The translations under genes were made by a program, and so were the position numbers. From Centroscyllium fabricii (Eukaryota): a stretch of DNA of 64,000 nt. Shown here in pieces: positions 45,671 to 57,125 of the stretch. How positions within the stretch are numbered: position 1 is the stretch's first letter; each line of letters begins with the position of its first letter. The stretch is taken from contig JBNRSN020000005.1 in NCBI GenBank assembly GCA_051313645.2, forward strand, positions 221,712,001-221,776,000, written 5' to 3'. The notes below the pieces were generated by a model, which was not told the DNA's origin, did no database searches, and saw only the letters and a program-made list of their open reading frames with translations.

Positions 45671-47721
45671 TAATATTGCCATATCAGCAATACTACTGCT
45701 AGCAACCCCAGAGAACTTCATGCTTGCACCTTCTTACCGGAGAAGCAGCACTCACCCACCCTGTGAAGTCACCCATCTTGCAGAGAGCCAGTCTCCACTT
45801 CCAGAGTCTGGGGGTGGGGGATTTTCATGTCCCCGTGAGCCGGGGTTTTGGGCGGCCCAGCTGGCAAAATAGCGGAACCAGCCATTTTGCCCTGTTTTCC
45901 GCCCTAACCTCGCCACCCTAAACCCCGCTGGGTGAAACCCAGTGGGAGCACAGCGCTGGTTATAACTTTTGCAATATAACCTGGTGTTGTGTGACTTCTT
46001 GAATTTATTACTTTCTCCTTTAAGGTGTGAAGGACATGCTGCCAAATGCTTGGCATGACTCCAGCACCTTAGAGGAGTAAGTACCTCCATTCTGGCTTCA
46101 GCATCAGCTGTGAACAGAAACTGAGAAATCTCAGTTCTGACCATGTCCTCACAGCCGGTGCGAGCTGTGAGGGATTCTGAGCCTGCCCACCCACCTGTCA
46201 GTCACCAGCACTTGGCCTTTCCCATTGGCTCCACTCCACTGTGATGTCACAGTGGAGTGTTTCCATGGGAACTGACAACAACCAGTGCTGGAACTGTCAA
46301 TCAAAGTGCTCGCAGCTCCACTGCAGCCCGATTCGATTGACCTAATTACCTCCCGCTCCCACCGACGGTGATTTAACAACCTCATTAAACTAAAATTGCG
46401 TGGCCTTCCCAGCTGTTTGGGCGGACGGGACCGGAACCCGCCCAGACCAATCCCCACCAGGTTCCCGCCCTTCCTCCAAAGTCCCCCCCCCTGGGTGTGA
46501 GAGAGAGAGAGCTGCAGTTGTGAGATATGTGGGACTAGGGAGGCAAAGAATTGTAGGTGACTAAGAACTGAATTTGGGGATGGGGTTTGTGGGAGAGTGA
46601 CAGCAGACTGGGGGGTCAGAGAGAGAGAGGGCGATGGAGGAGAGGGGGAGACTGGGGAATGGTGAGAGATGGGACTCGGGAATGTGGGTCAAGGGATTGG
46701 GGTTCGGGCGGGGGAGAAAGGGAGACTGTGGGTCGGCAGGGATTAGGGCTTGAGCAGGAGTGAGAGAGGGAGACTGGGAATTGGGGTTGGGGAGCACGGC
46801 GGGGGGAAAAGAGAGGGAGACTCCAGGTCGGGGGAAATGGGGCACAAATTGGGGTCAGGGGGGAAAAGAGGGAGATTGGGGAATGGGATGGGTGTGGGGC
46901 CCAGCATTTTCTGTCGAGCTGGAGCAGCAGCAATGTGATGAGCACAAGCGGCATTGAGAGAGAGGAGCAGTAAGTAAAGGGGTGAGTGAAACCTGGGACT
47001 TTATTGTGGGTAAATAGTGAAAGATTGTTTCCACTTGTGGGTGAATGAGGAACAAGGAGATGGAGACCGAGGATTCTCACTGGAAGAAAAAACGGGAAAG
47101 GAAGGAGCAAGGTTCTTAAACCGAGGGTTATTGGACCATGGGATCCTTCACCAGAAGTAGCTATTGAGGCAGAGACTAATATTTCATTTAAAAGGGAAGG
47201 GGATAAGTATCTGAAAAGGATGAATACAAATGGATCGGGGGGACTGGAGTTACAGGAGGGATCGGCAGTGCCAACACAGGCGCCGGGGCTGAATGGCCTC
47301 CTCCTGTGCTGTAATTTCCATCATCCTATGAACACTCTCCTTTATTGAGTCTAAGCCTAGGGAGTGGTTTAGAAATGTTGGTGCTGAGCTGAGTTTAGGA
47401 TGTGCCTTGTGAGAAGAGCCCCAAACACTGAGCCCACTGCCCTTTGGGCGATCTCTTGGTTTGGTTCAGGTAGGTCTGTACCAGTCAGTTTGATGTGTGA
47501 AGTCCAAGTACAGATCAGCCCTAACTGAGGCTCCCAGCTCAGAGTTATCATCTTCACTCAGAACCAGAATCCAAACCAGTGTCCAAGGAGGTGGGGAGCA
47601 AGTTCTGGCCTGTTAAAGGTGGCATTGACTGGGGAGCCTGACCGCACCTTGTGCAGTGCAGTGGGCCTCTGGTTGTACTTTCAGGGTGAATATCAGGTGG
47701 TTATAGGATTACTACTATATA

Positions 47722-48435
47722 CAATTCAATTCAATTCAATTCAATTCAATTCAAGTTTTATTGTCATTGCAGAGTACTAGTACAATACAACGAGACGAAG
47801 ACTCGACTCTCCCGAGAGTAGTGCAAATAAATAAATTACATGCAAATTGCATACAGTAAAGTACATTATCAGGCGTGCAGGTACCGGAGTTTATTTTTAG
47901 AGTTCAGGAGGCTGACAGCCCTGGGGAAGAAGCTGTTCTGAAATCTAGTCGTGCGGGTGCGAATTGCTCTGTAGCGTCTCCCGGAGGGCAGGGGGGCGAA
48001 CAGACTGTGGCTGGGGTGTGTGGGGTCTTTAATAATGTTCAGAGACCTCCGTAAGCAGCGTTTGAGGTAGATGCTTTCCATTGACAGTAGCTGTGTACCG
48101 GTAATTCGTTGGGCAGTTTTGATTACCCGCTGCAGGGTTTTCCGGTCCGAGATAGTGCAATTACCATACCAGACAGTGATGCAGCTTGTCAGTATGCTTT
48201 CTATTGTGCAGCGGTAGAAGTTGGAGAGGATGCCGGATGACAGCCTGGCTTTCTTCAGCTTCCTTAGGAAGTACAGGTGCTGTTGGGCCTTCTTAACCAG
48301 AGAGGAGGTGTTTAGTGACCAGGAGAGATCTTCCGAGATGTGGACCCCGAGGAACTTGAAGCTGGACACCCTTTCCACCTCAGCCCCTTGGATGAAGATG
48401 GGGGTGTGCCTTCTGCTTCCAGTCCTCCAGTTACA
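47722..48435 (-). mobile_element. Rex1/Babar-type LINE 3' fragment
   Basis: ITVWYGNC..DPTHPSHSLFAPLPSGRRYRAIRTRTTRFQNSFFPRAV; (GAATT)n tail. Confidence 0.88.
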
Positions 48436-48447
48436 GGTAAGATATCG

Positions 48448-48760
48448 TAGAATCATAGAATTATAGAATCCCTACAGTGCAGATAGAGGCCATTTCGGGC
48501 CGTCGAGCCTGCACCGACACATATCCCAGTAACCCCACATATTTAATCCCCCTAACACTAAGGGTCAATTTATCATGGCCAATCAACCTAACCCGCACAT
48601 CTTTGGACTGTGGGAGGAAACCGGAGCACCCGGAGGAAACCCACGCAGACATGGGGAGAATGTGCAAACTCCACACAGATAGCCACCCGAGGCCGGATTT
48701 GAACCCGTGCCCCTGGCGCTGTGAGGCAACAGTACCAACCACTATGCCACCGTGCCACCC
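48448..48760 (-). mobile_element. HE1-like V-SINE with an alternative 3' tail
   Basis: Same tRNA head and V-domain as 32474; tail ..GGCCTCTATCTGCACTGTAGGGATTCTATAATTCTATGATTCTA. Confidence 0.85.
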
Positions 48761-48799
48761 ATATCGGGGTATTACACCTATTACTAGCAGTTAAATATA

Positions 48800-49365
48800 G
48801 ACTATGTGAATCTTAGTTGAAGCCAGGACGGTGTGTGACTTTGAAGAGAACTTGGAGCTGGTGGTGTTCCCATGCACCTGCTGCCTTGCCTTGTCTTTCT
48901 ACATGGTAGAGATTGCGGGTTTGGGAGGTGCTGTCGAAGAAGCCTTGCCGAGTTGCTGCAATGCATCTTGTAGATGGTACACACTGCAACCACCATGCAC
49001 CAACAGTGCAGGGAGTGAATGTTTAAGGTGCTGGATGGGGTGATCAAGCGGGCTGCTTTGTCCTGGATGGTGTCGAGCTTATTGAGTGTTGTTGGAGCAG
49101 CACTCATCCAGGCAAGTGACGAGTATTCCATCAAATGTGCCTTGTAGGTGGTGGAAAGGCTTTGGGAGTCAGGAGGTGAGCCACGAGCTGCAGAATTCCC
49201 AGCCTCTGACCTGCTCTTGCAGCCACAGTATTTATGTGGCTGGTCCAGTTGAGTTTCTGGTCAATGGTGAGCCCCCAGGACGTTGACAGTCGGGGAGTCG
49301 GCAATGTTAATGCCATTGAATGTGAAGTGCAGATGGTTAGATTATCTCTTGTTGGAGATGATCAT
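48800..49365 (-). mobile_element. non-CR1 LINE RT C-terminal fragment (clade uncertain)
   Basis: GLTIDQKLNWTSHI..; MEYSSLAWMSAAPTTLNKLDTIQDKAARLI. Confidence 0.7.
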
Positions 49366-49384
49366 ACAATGTCTCGCTGAATTG

Positions 49385-49720
49385 CCATGCTATGGTGAAT
49401 GCCACTCACCACGCTGATCTGGCAAACTTTGGCTGGGTTTTGCTGAAGGATTCCTCAGACCTGGCAAAGTACCGGAAGTGCTGAGTGCTTCCTGGGAATT
49501 GGACATTGACCTGCAGTGTCATGTACAGATGGTCACACACAAGCTGAACACTGCTGGAATCAAAGCCCTTGTGCTTTGAGTAGGGGGCAGTACTGGTCAC
49601 AGAGTGTGTAGGGCTGTAGGGGTATCAACAATGATAGTCTGGACTTCAGGGAATCCACCAATCATTGTTAACTAAATCTTTATGACCACAGGAAAAGCAA
49701 CACCATTTGTCCTTCTCATT
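49385..49720 (-). pseudogene. Harbinger transposase relic
   Basis: KHKGFDSSSVQLVCDH..QVNVQFPGS resembles [20 protein letters not shown] of 6219-6971. Confidence 0.6.
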
Positions 49721-50085
49721 GCCCTGGCCACTCAGCCTCTCAGTTTTCAAATCACAAGAACCTCGTTTTAACCAGAACTGCCAACTACCAAACATAATGA
49801 AGGTTCAAGCATATCTTATCCTGTTGGCTTCTTCCAATGAACTACAGCACAGCCATTTTCACACAAATGCTAATTACAGTGGCTCAAGTTTTTGCACCCA
49901 GAGGTATCAGTTGTTTAAGAGCAAAATTCCACCTAATTTGTAACAATTGATGTTTTTTCCCTGAAGCTATGAAATTATTGCGGGGGGGCGGGGGGGTAAA
50001 TAGTCCACAATTACAATGGGTTACAATTAGCATTGGCTGTAACAGCAGGACTGCGATTGGAGGGAATTGATAAACAGGTTCTTAC

Positions 50086-50280
50086 ATTAGTTGATGTTGC
50101 CCTCCGACATTCCCAGGCCAGTCCACTTCACAGATCACTCTGTTGTTCAATTGCACAACATGGGCATAGAAACACTGAGGGAATGCCAGAGCCAGGGCCA
50201 GGATCCAGATAACACCAATCACTATCTTAGTCGAGCTGGACGACAGCCTAGGCTTCAAGGGGTGGATGATGGCAATGTAC
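50086..50280 (-). CDS. TACR2: tachykinin receptor (NK2R-like) exon 2, 195 bp
   Basis: CAG|G TAC acceptor and AT|GTAAG donor; encodes YIAIIHPLKPRLSSSSTKIVIGVIWILALALAFPQCFY..DWPGNVGGQHQL. STK, PQCFY and GGxHQL favour TACR2 over TACR1/3, but the paralog assignment is by eye. Confidence 0.88.
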
Positions 50281-50834
50281 CTGTGCAGTAAGACACAGCA
50301 CGTGTTACTTAGCAGGTGATCAGGCAGCACTTCTCACTCGCCAATATTATCCTCATTCTCCATCCATAGTTATATAGAATGCACTGCACAGAAACAGACC
50401 ATTCAGCCCAACAGGTCTATGTCAGTGTTTATGCTCCACACGAGCCTCCTCCCACCCCTCTTCATCTCACCCAAACAGCACATCCTTCTACTCATTTCTC
50501 CCTCATGTACTTATCCAGCTTCCCCTTGAATGCATCTATGAAGTAGAGTGGCCCAGATGTATTATACAAGGTGCCATTTCTCAGCTCCCAGTGTAATAGT
50601 GAGAACAGGTAACCAAGTTCCCCGCTTTAATTTTATTTCTATTTTTTCCCCACCTCTCCTGAAATGCCATTCTTTGCTAGGGTCGACGTTGCTGCCTGCT
50701 GCCTGCTGACGGAGCAGGATTGAGACCACGTCAGAGCCAGTGGCTGAGCATTCCACCAAGCCTGAGACCCACTTCCCGAAACTAAGGAAGTGGAGGGAGA
50801 GAACAGCTGGAGAGAGGAGTGGGCATCCAAACTT

Positions 50835-51291
50835 AAACACATTTATTTGGATCGCATTGGCTCCCAGTTAAGCAACACCTCGATTTCAAAATTCTCATCC
50901 TTGTTTTCAAATCCCTCCATGGCCTCGCCCCTCCCTATCTCTGTAATCTCCTTCCACCCCACAAACCCACCTCCCCCAAAGATATCTGCGCTCCTCTAAT
51001 TCTGCCCTCTTGAGCATCCCTGAATATAATCGCTCAACCATTGGTGGCCGTGCCTTCAGCTGCCTGGGCCCTATGCTCTGGAACTCCCTGTCTAACCCTC
51101 ACCGCCTCTCCACCTCTTTCCTCCTTTAAGATGCTTCTTAAAACCTACCTCTTTGACCAAGCTTTTGGTCACCTGCCCTAATTTCTCATGTGGCTCGGTG
51201 TCAAATGTTTTTCTCTTATAATACTCCTGTGCTGCGCCTTGGGATGTTTTACAACATTAAAGGCGCTATATAAATGCAAGCTGTTGTTGTT
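50835..51291 (+). mobile_element. L2 LINE 3' fragment in TACR intron 1
   Basis: Highly similar to 4443-4733. Confidence 0.85.
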
Positions 51292-51470
51292 AACTTTAAA
51301 CAGACTGAGATGGGCCCCGGCCACAATAAACAACACCTGGGAAATCAGTCTGGGAATGGGGCTGAAGGCGACACTGGGAACTAAACTGGCGCAAGTGCAA
51401 CAAGTGAGCCGACCAGTCCCGGACAATCTCCCTTCAATTTAAACTCCTTTGAGTGGTGCTCCTGGAAGCG

Positions 51471-51893
51471 ATACTTGTCCCAGGCGGGAGCCGGGTGTGA
51501 TCTGTCCCGGGCGGGAGCCGGGCGAGACCTGTCCCGGGCGGGGGCCGGGCGAGACCTGTCCCGGGCGGGGGCCGGGTGAGACCTGTCCCGGGTGGGAGCC
51601 GGGTGAGACCTGTCCCGGGTGGGAGCCGGGTGACACCTGTCCCGGGCGGGGGCTGGGCGAGACCTGTCCCGGGCAGTAGACGGGTGAGACCTGTCCCGGG
51701 TGGGAGCCGGGTGACACCTGTCCCGGGCGGGGGCCGGGTGAGACCTGTCCCGGGCAGTAGACGGGCGAGACCTGTCCCGGGCGGGGACCGGGTGAGACCT
51801 GTCCCGGGCAGTAGACGGGCGAGACCTGTCCCGGGCGGGGGTCGGGTGAGACCTGTCCCGGGCAGTAGACGGGCGAGACCTGTCCCGGGTGGG
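51471..51893. repeat. 27-bp GC-rich minisatellite, ~15-16 copies, starting ~28 bp into intron 1
   Basis: Unit GAGACCTGTCCCGGGCGGGGGCCGGGT with variants. Confidence 0.95.
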
Positions 51894-51921
51894 TTCATTC
51901 CCGGTTCTGTCCCTCCCTTAC

Positions 51922-52295
51922 CTGTCCAGGGCAATGGCTGTCATTGAGTAGATGCTGGCAAACACGGCAGTGATGGGCAGGAGGTTGTGGAAGCGGCAGT
52001 AGTGTAGTCCGAAGTACCAGTCATTGTGCAAGGCGTAGATGAAGTTGAAGGCGGTGTTAAAGGCGGCCATGGAGGCGTCTCCCAGTGCCAGGCTGAGCAG
52101 AAGGTAGTTGGTGACTGTCCGCATTCTCGGATGGGCCAGGATGATCCACATCACAACCACATTGCCGCACACAGCGATCAGCACGATGACCGAGTAAGCG
52201 AGAGCCCAGAGAAACACCTGCCAGGCCGGCTGGGCAAACGCATTGGCCAGGGTTTGATTGCCACTGGACTCGGAGTCATTCAGCTCAGCTCCCAT
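51922..52295 (-). CDS. TACR2: tachykinin receptor (NK2R-like) exon 1, TM1-TM3
   Basis: [65 protein letters not shown]; phase-2 GTAAG donor inside the DRY Arg codon, as in tachykinin receptor genes. Confidence 0.9.
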
Positions 52296-52410
52296 CGTAC
52301 TGCTAATCTCACAGCTGGCACTGGAACCCGCAGCTCTGTCCGTGCACTGACTGCAAAACCAACTCAATCTCCGGGCTCCGACTGGGGAGGCTGTGTAGAG
52401 CACTGAAAGA

Positions 52411-54165
52411 CCCAGCTCACTGTCCCTACACCCGGAGAGACCCAGCTCACTATCCCGACACCGCTCACTATCCCAACACCTGGAGAGTCTCCGCTCACTG
52501 TCCCAACACCTGGAGAGTCTCTGCTCACTATCCCAACACCTGGAGAGTCTCTGCTCACTATCCCAACACCTGGGGAGTCTCCGCTCACTATCCCAACACC
52601 TGGAGAGTCTCTGCTCACTGTCCTGACACTTGGAGCGTCCCCGTTCACTGTCCCGGCACCGTTCACTATTGCGACACTGCACACTATCCCAACACTGCTC
52701 ACTGTCCCGACACCTGGAGAGACTCTGCTCACTGTCCCGACACCTGGAGAGACTCCGCTCACTATCCTGACACCTGGAGAGACTCCGCTCACTATCCCGA
52801 CATCTGCAGAGTCTCCGCTCACTGTCCTGACACCACTAACTATCCTGACACTTGGAGAGTCTCCGCTCACTATCCTGACACCTGGAGAGTCCCCATTCAC
52901 TGTCCCGGCACCATTCACTATCCTGACACGGCTCACTATCCCGACACTGCTCACTGTCCCGACACCTGGAGAGTCTCCGCTCACTATCCCGACACCTGGA
53001 GAGTCTCCGCTTACTATCCTGACACCTGGAGAGACTCCGCTCACTGTCCCGACACCTGGAGAGACTCCACTCACTATCCCAACACCTGGAGAGACTCAGC
53101 TTACTGTCCCTACACCTGGAGAGTCTCCGCTCACTGTCCCGACACCTGGAGAGTCTCCGCTCACTAACCCGACACCTGGAGAGTCTCCGCTCACTGTCCC
53201 GACACCTGGAGAGACTCCGCTCACTGTCCCAACACCTGGAGAATCTCCGCTCACTGTCCCGACACCTGGAGAGTCTCCGCTCACTATCCCGACACCTGGA
53301 GAGTCTCCGCTCACTATTCCGACACCTGCAGACACTTCGCTCACTATCCCGACACCTGGAGAGACTCCGCTCACTATCCCGACACCTGGAGAGACTCCGC
53401 TCACTGTCCCGACACCTGGAGAGACTCCGCTCACTATCCCGACACCTGGAGAGACTCCGCTCACTGTCCCGACACCTGGAGAGACTCCGCTCACTGTCCC
53501 GACACCTGGAGAGTCTCCGCTCACTATCACGACTCCTGGAGAGACTCCGCTCACTGTCCCGACACCTGGAGAGACTCCGCTCACTATCCCGACACCTGGA
53601 GAGACTCCGCTCACTATCCCGACACCTGGAGGTTCTCCGCTCACTATCCCGACACCTGGAGAGACTCCGCTCACTGTCCCGACACCTGGAGAGACTCCGC
53701 TCACTGTCCCGACACCTGGAGAGTCTCCGCTCACTGTCCCGACACCTGCAGACACTCCGCTCACTATCACGACACCTGGAGAGACTCCGCTCACTATCCC
53801 GACACCTGGAGAGACTTCGCTCACTATCCCGACACCTGGAGGTTCTCCGCTCACTGTCCCGACACCTGCAGAGACTCCGCTCACTATCCCAACACCTGGA
53901 GAGACTCCGCTCAGTATCCCGACACCGGGAGAGTCTCCGCTCACTGTCCCGACACCTGGAGAGTCTCCGCTCACTATCCCAACACCTGGAGAGTCTCCGC
54001 TCACTATCCCGACACCTGGAGGTTCTCCGCTCACTGTCCCGACACCTGGAGAGACTCCGCTCACTGTCCCGACACCTGGAGAGGCTCCGCTCACTATCCC
54101 AACACCTGGAGAGTCTCCGCTCACTATCCCGACACCTGGAGAGTCTCCGCTCACTATCCCGACAC
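52411..54165. repeat. 30-bp minisatellite, ~55-60 copies, just upstream of the TACR start codon
   Basis: Unit GACACCTGGAGAGACTCCGCTCACTATCCC; lines repeat in register with the 60-column layout. Confidence 0.97.
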
Positions 54166-55013
54166 TCGGAAATGGTCACGGACAATCCTCTCCCCAATTC
54201 CCAGCTTACCGCCCCGACACTTGTAAATACCGAGGTCACTGACGCAAACACTCGCACAAACTTGGAGATGTTTGTAAACAGCGATCAGGGTTGCTGGAAG
54301 TAGTGGGTGCACCAACTATCCGAGACTGTTAGAGTAAAACTGGCAGGAGCTGCAGTATATGTAGAGCCGAGGGTGGAGCTGTGGGCTCTGACACTCCACA
54401 GATTCTGGGCGAGATTTCGCGGAATCAGCCCGGGTAAAACACCACCATCATCGACTGTTCTAATACCCAGACTGAGTGTTACCAGCCCCACAGCCACTGA
54501 ACGTGCGTGTGCTATACTTGTCATAGGATCAGTAAATTGCCACCTTGTATAGTGCCAGACTTTTCTCTTTGTTTTCACGTTCCAATTACCTGTAACAGAT
54601 TTTTCCCATTTGCAGAAACCAATGTTAATCTAACACAATTCAACCATGTACGGCAAGGTTGGAGACATTTCCACAACCAGTTCCTTCCTGAACCAGAGTT
54701 GGTCTTCGTGATTAATTTTATTTGGTTACAATATATTTCAGTTTTAATTTCCGAAAGCGTTGCCCCAGTCTTAAGGTGATACACGTATGATGCATATTAG
54801 ATACTCCCCATTCTAAAGGGCAACTTATTGAGGATACTAAACCCACGCCCTGCATAATTCCGCTCCTTTAATAGCCCCCCGGCTAAATAAACAAATAAAC
54901 AGCAATGTGAAGGAATAACATGAATTAAGTTTAATATTTAAAAATCCCTAATGTAAATGATTCCATAATGAAAACACAGGAACAGCAAAAGGAAGCATCT
55001 CACCCACAGTTTT

Positions 55014-55090
55014 CCTGCCCTGAGAGTGTTTGATGGGACAGTGTAGAGGGAGCTTTACTCTGTATCTAACCCGTGCTGTACCTGCCCTGG
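55014..55090 (+). repeat. short dispersed repeat (GAGTGTTTGATGGGACAGTGTAGAGGGAGCTTTACTCTGTATCT..), partial copies at ~16386-16424 and ~27136-27177
   Basis: Direct sequence similarity among the three sites. Confidence 0.65.
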
Positions 55091-55096
55091 CGTATT

Positions 55097-57125
55097 TAAG
55101 AACATAAGGTCTAGGAGCAGGAGTCGGCCATTCGGCCCCTGGAGCCTGCTCCACCATTCAATATGATCATGGCTGATCTTCGACCTCAACTCCACTTTCC
55201 TTCCTGATCTCCATATCCCTTGATTCCCCGAGAGTCCAAAAATCTATCTATTTCAGCCTTGAATATACTCAAAGACTCAGCATTCACAGCCCTCTGGGGC
55301 AGATAATTCCAAAGAATCACAACCCTCTGAGTGAAGAAATTCCTCCTCATCTTGTCTTAAAAGGCCGACCCCTTATCCTGAGACTATGCCCCTAGTTCTA
55401 GACACACCAGCCAGGGGAAACAACCTACCAGCATCGACCCTGTCAATCCCCTTCAGAATCTTGTATGTTTCAATGAGATCACCTCTCATTCTTTTAAACT
55501 CCAGAGAGTATCGGACCAATCTACACAATCTCTCATCATAGGACAGCTCTCTCACCCCAGGAATCAATTTAATGAACCTTTGCTGCACCGCCTCCAAGGC
55601 AAGTATATCCTTCCTCAGATAAGGAGACCAAAACTGTTCTCAGTACTCCAGGTGTGGTCTCACCAAGGCCCTGTACAATTGTAACAAGACTTCCTTACTC
55701 TTATACTCCAACCCCCTTTGCAATAAAGGCCAACATGCCATTTGCCTTCCTTATTGCTTGCTGTACCTGCATGCTAGCTTTCTGTGTTTCTTGCACGAGG
55801 ACACCCAAATCTCTCTGAACACCAACATTTAAAAGTTTCTCACCATTTAAAAAATATTCAGTTTTTCTATTCTTCCTACCAAAGTGAATAACCTCACATT
55901 TCCCCACATTATACTCCATCTGTCACCTCACTGCCCACTCACTTAGTCTATCTATATCCCTTTGCAGACTCTGTGTTCTCCTCACACCTTACTGTCCCAC
56001 CTAGCTTTGTATCATCAGCAAACTTGGATACATTACACTCGGTCCCTTCATCTAGGTCATTAATATAGATTGTAAATAGCGGAGGCCCCAACACTGATCC
56101 TTACGGCACTCCACTAGTTACAGCTTGCCAACCGGAAAATGACCCGTTTATCCCTACTCTCTGTTTTCTGTCCGTTAACCAATCCTCTATTCATGCTATT
56201 ATATTACCCCCAAACCCATGAGCCCTAATCCTGTGTAATAACCTTTTATGAGATATTTCTTTAAATGCCAGCCACTGCTTATCTACCCCCATACCATTTA
56301 ATCTATTTTTCCAATCTACCTGAGCCAACTCACCCCTCATACCCATGTAATTGGCTTTATTTAAGTTTAAGACTCTAGATTCAGACTTAGGCAAGTCACT
56401 CTCAAACTTAATGTGAAATTCCATCATGTTATCATCACTGCCCCAGAGGATCCTTTACAATGAGATTACTAATTAACCCTGTCCTATTATACAACACAAG
56501 ATCTAAAATAGCCTGTTCCCTGGTTGGTTCCATGACATATTATTCTAGGAAACTGTCCTGAATGCATGACATGAACTTGTCCTCCAGACTACCTTTGACA
56601 ATTTGATTTGTCCAGTCTATATGAAGATTAAAGTTCCCACGATTATTACATTACCTTTGTTACAAGATCGTACTATTTCTTGATTAATATTCTGTCCAAT
56701 GATATAGCTATTGTTAGGGGACCTATACACCACTGTTTTATGCCCCTTATTATTACTTATCTCCACCCATACTGATTCTACTTCCCGATCTTCCGAGCCG
56801 AGGTCCTTTCTCTCTACTATACTTATGTCATCCTTTATTATCAGGGCTACACCCCCCACACCCTGCCCCCACCCCCGACCTTTTCCATTCTGCCTGTCTA
56901 TTTGAAACATAAAGTACCCTGGAACATTTAGCTCCCAACATTGGTCATCTTGCAACCATGTCTTGTGGATAGAGAACTGGTTGGCAGACAGGAAGCAAGG
57001 AGTTGAAATAAACGGATCTTTATCCAAGTGGCAGGCAGTGACTAGTGGGGTACCGCAGGGATTGGTCCTTGGACCACAGCTATTCACAATATATATTAAT
57101 GATCTAGGCGAGGGAACTCGATGTA
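55097..57125 (-). mobile_element. rearranged CR1 LINE: minus-strand 3'/RT and endonuclease pieces with deletions, plus an inverted RT piece (56963-57125, +)
   Basis: [56 protein letters not shown]. Confidence 0.85.

Noticed and set aside
44740-46500. Possible host exons in short ORFs
   Set aside because: No recognisable protein motifs; looks like decayed Harbinger-related and CR1 sequence that I cannot delimit.
51301-51314. 14-bp reverse-complement match to the 37.5-kb minisatellite unit
   Set aside because: A single short match, compatible with chance.
51434-51947. Pro/Gly-rich ORFs on both strands
   Set aside because: Translations of the 27-bp intronic minisatellite.
52364-54257. Long ORFs (473, 352 and 236 aa) and an N-terminal extension of the receptor
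   Set aside because: By-products of a stop-free 30-bp repeat; no in-frame ATG upstream of 52295 in the receptor frame.
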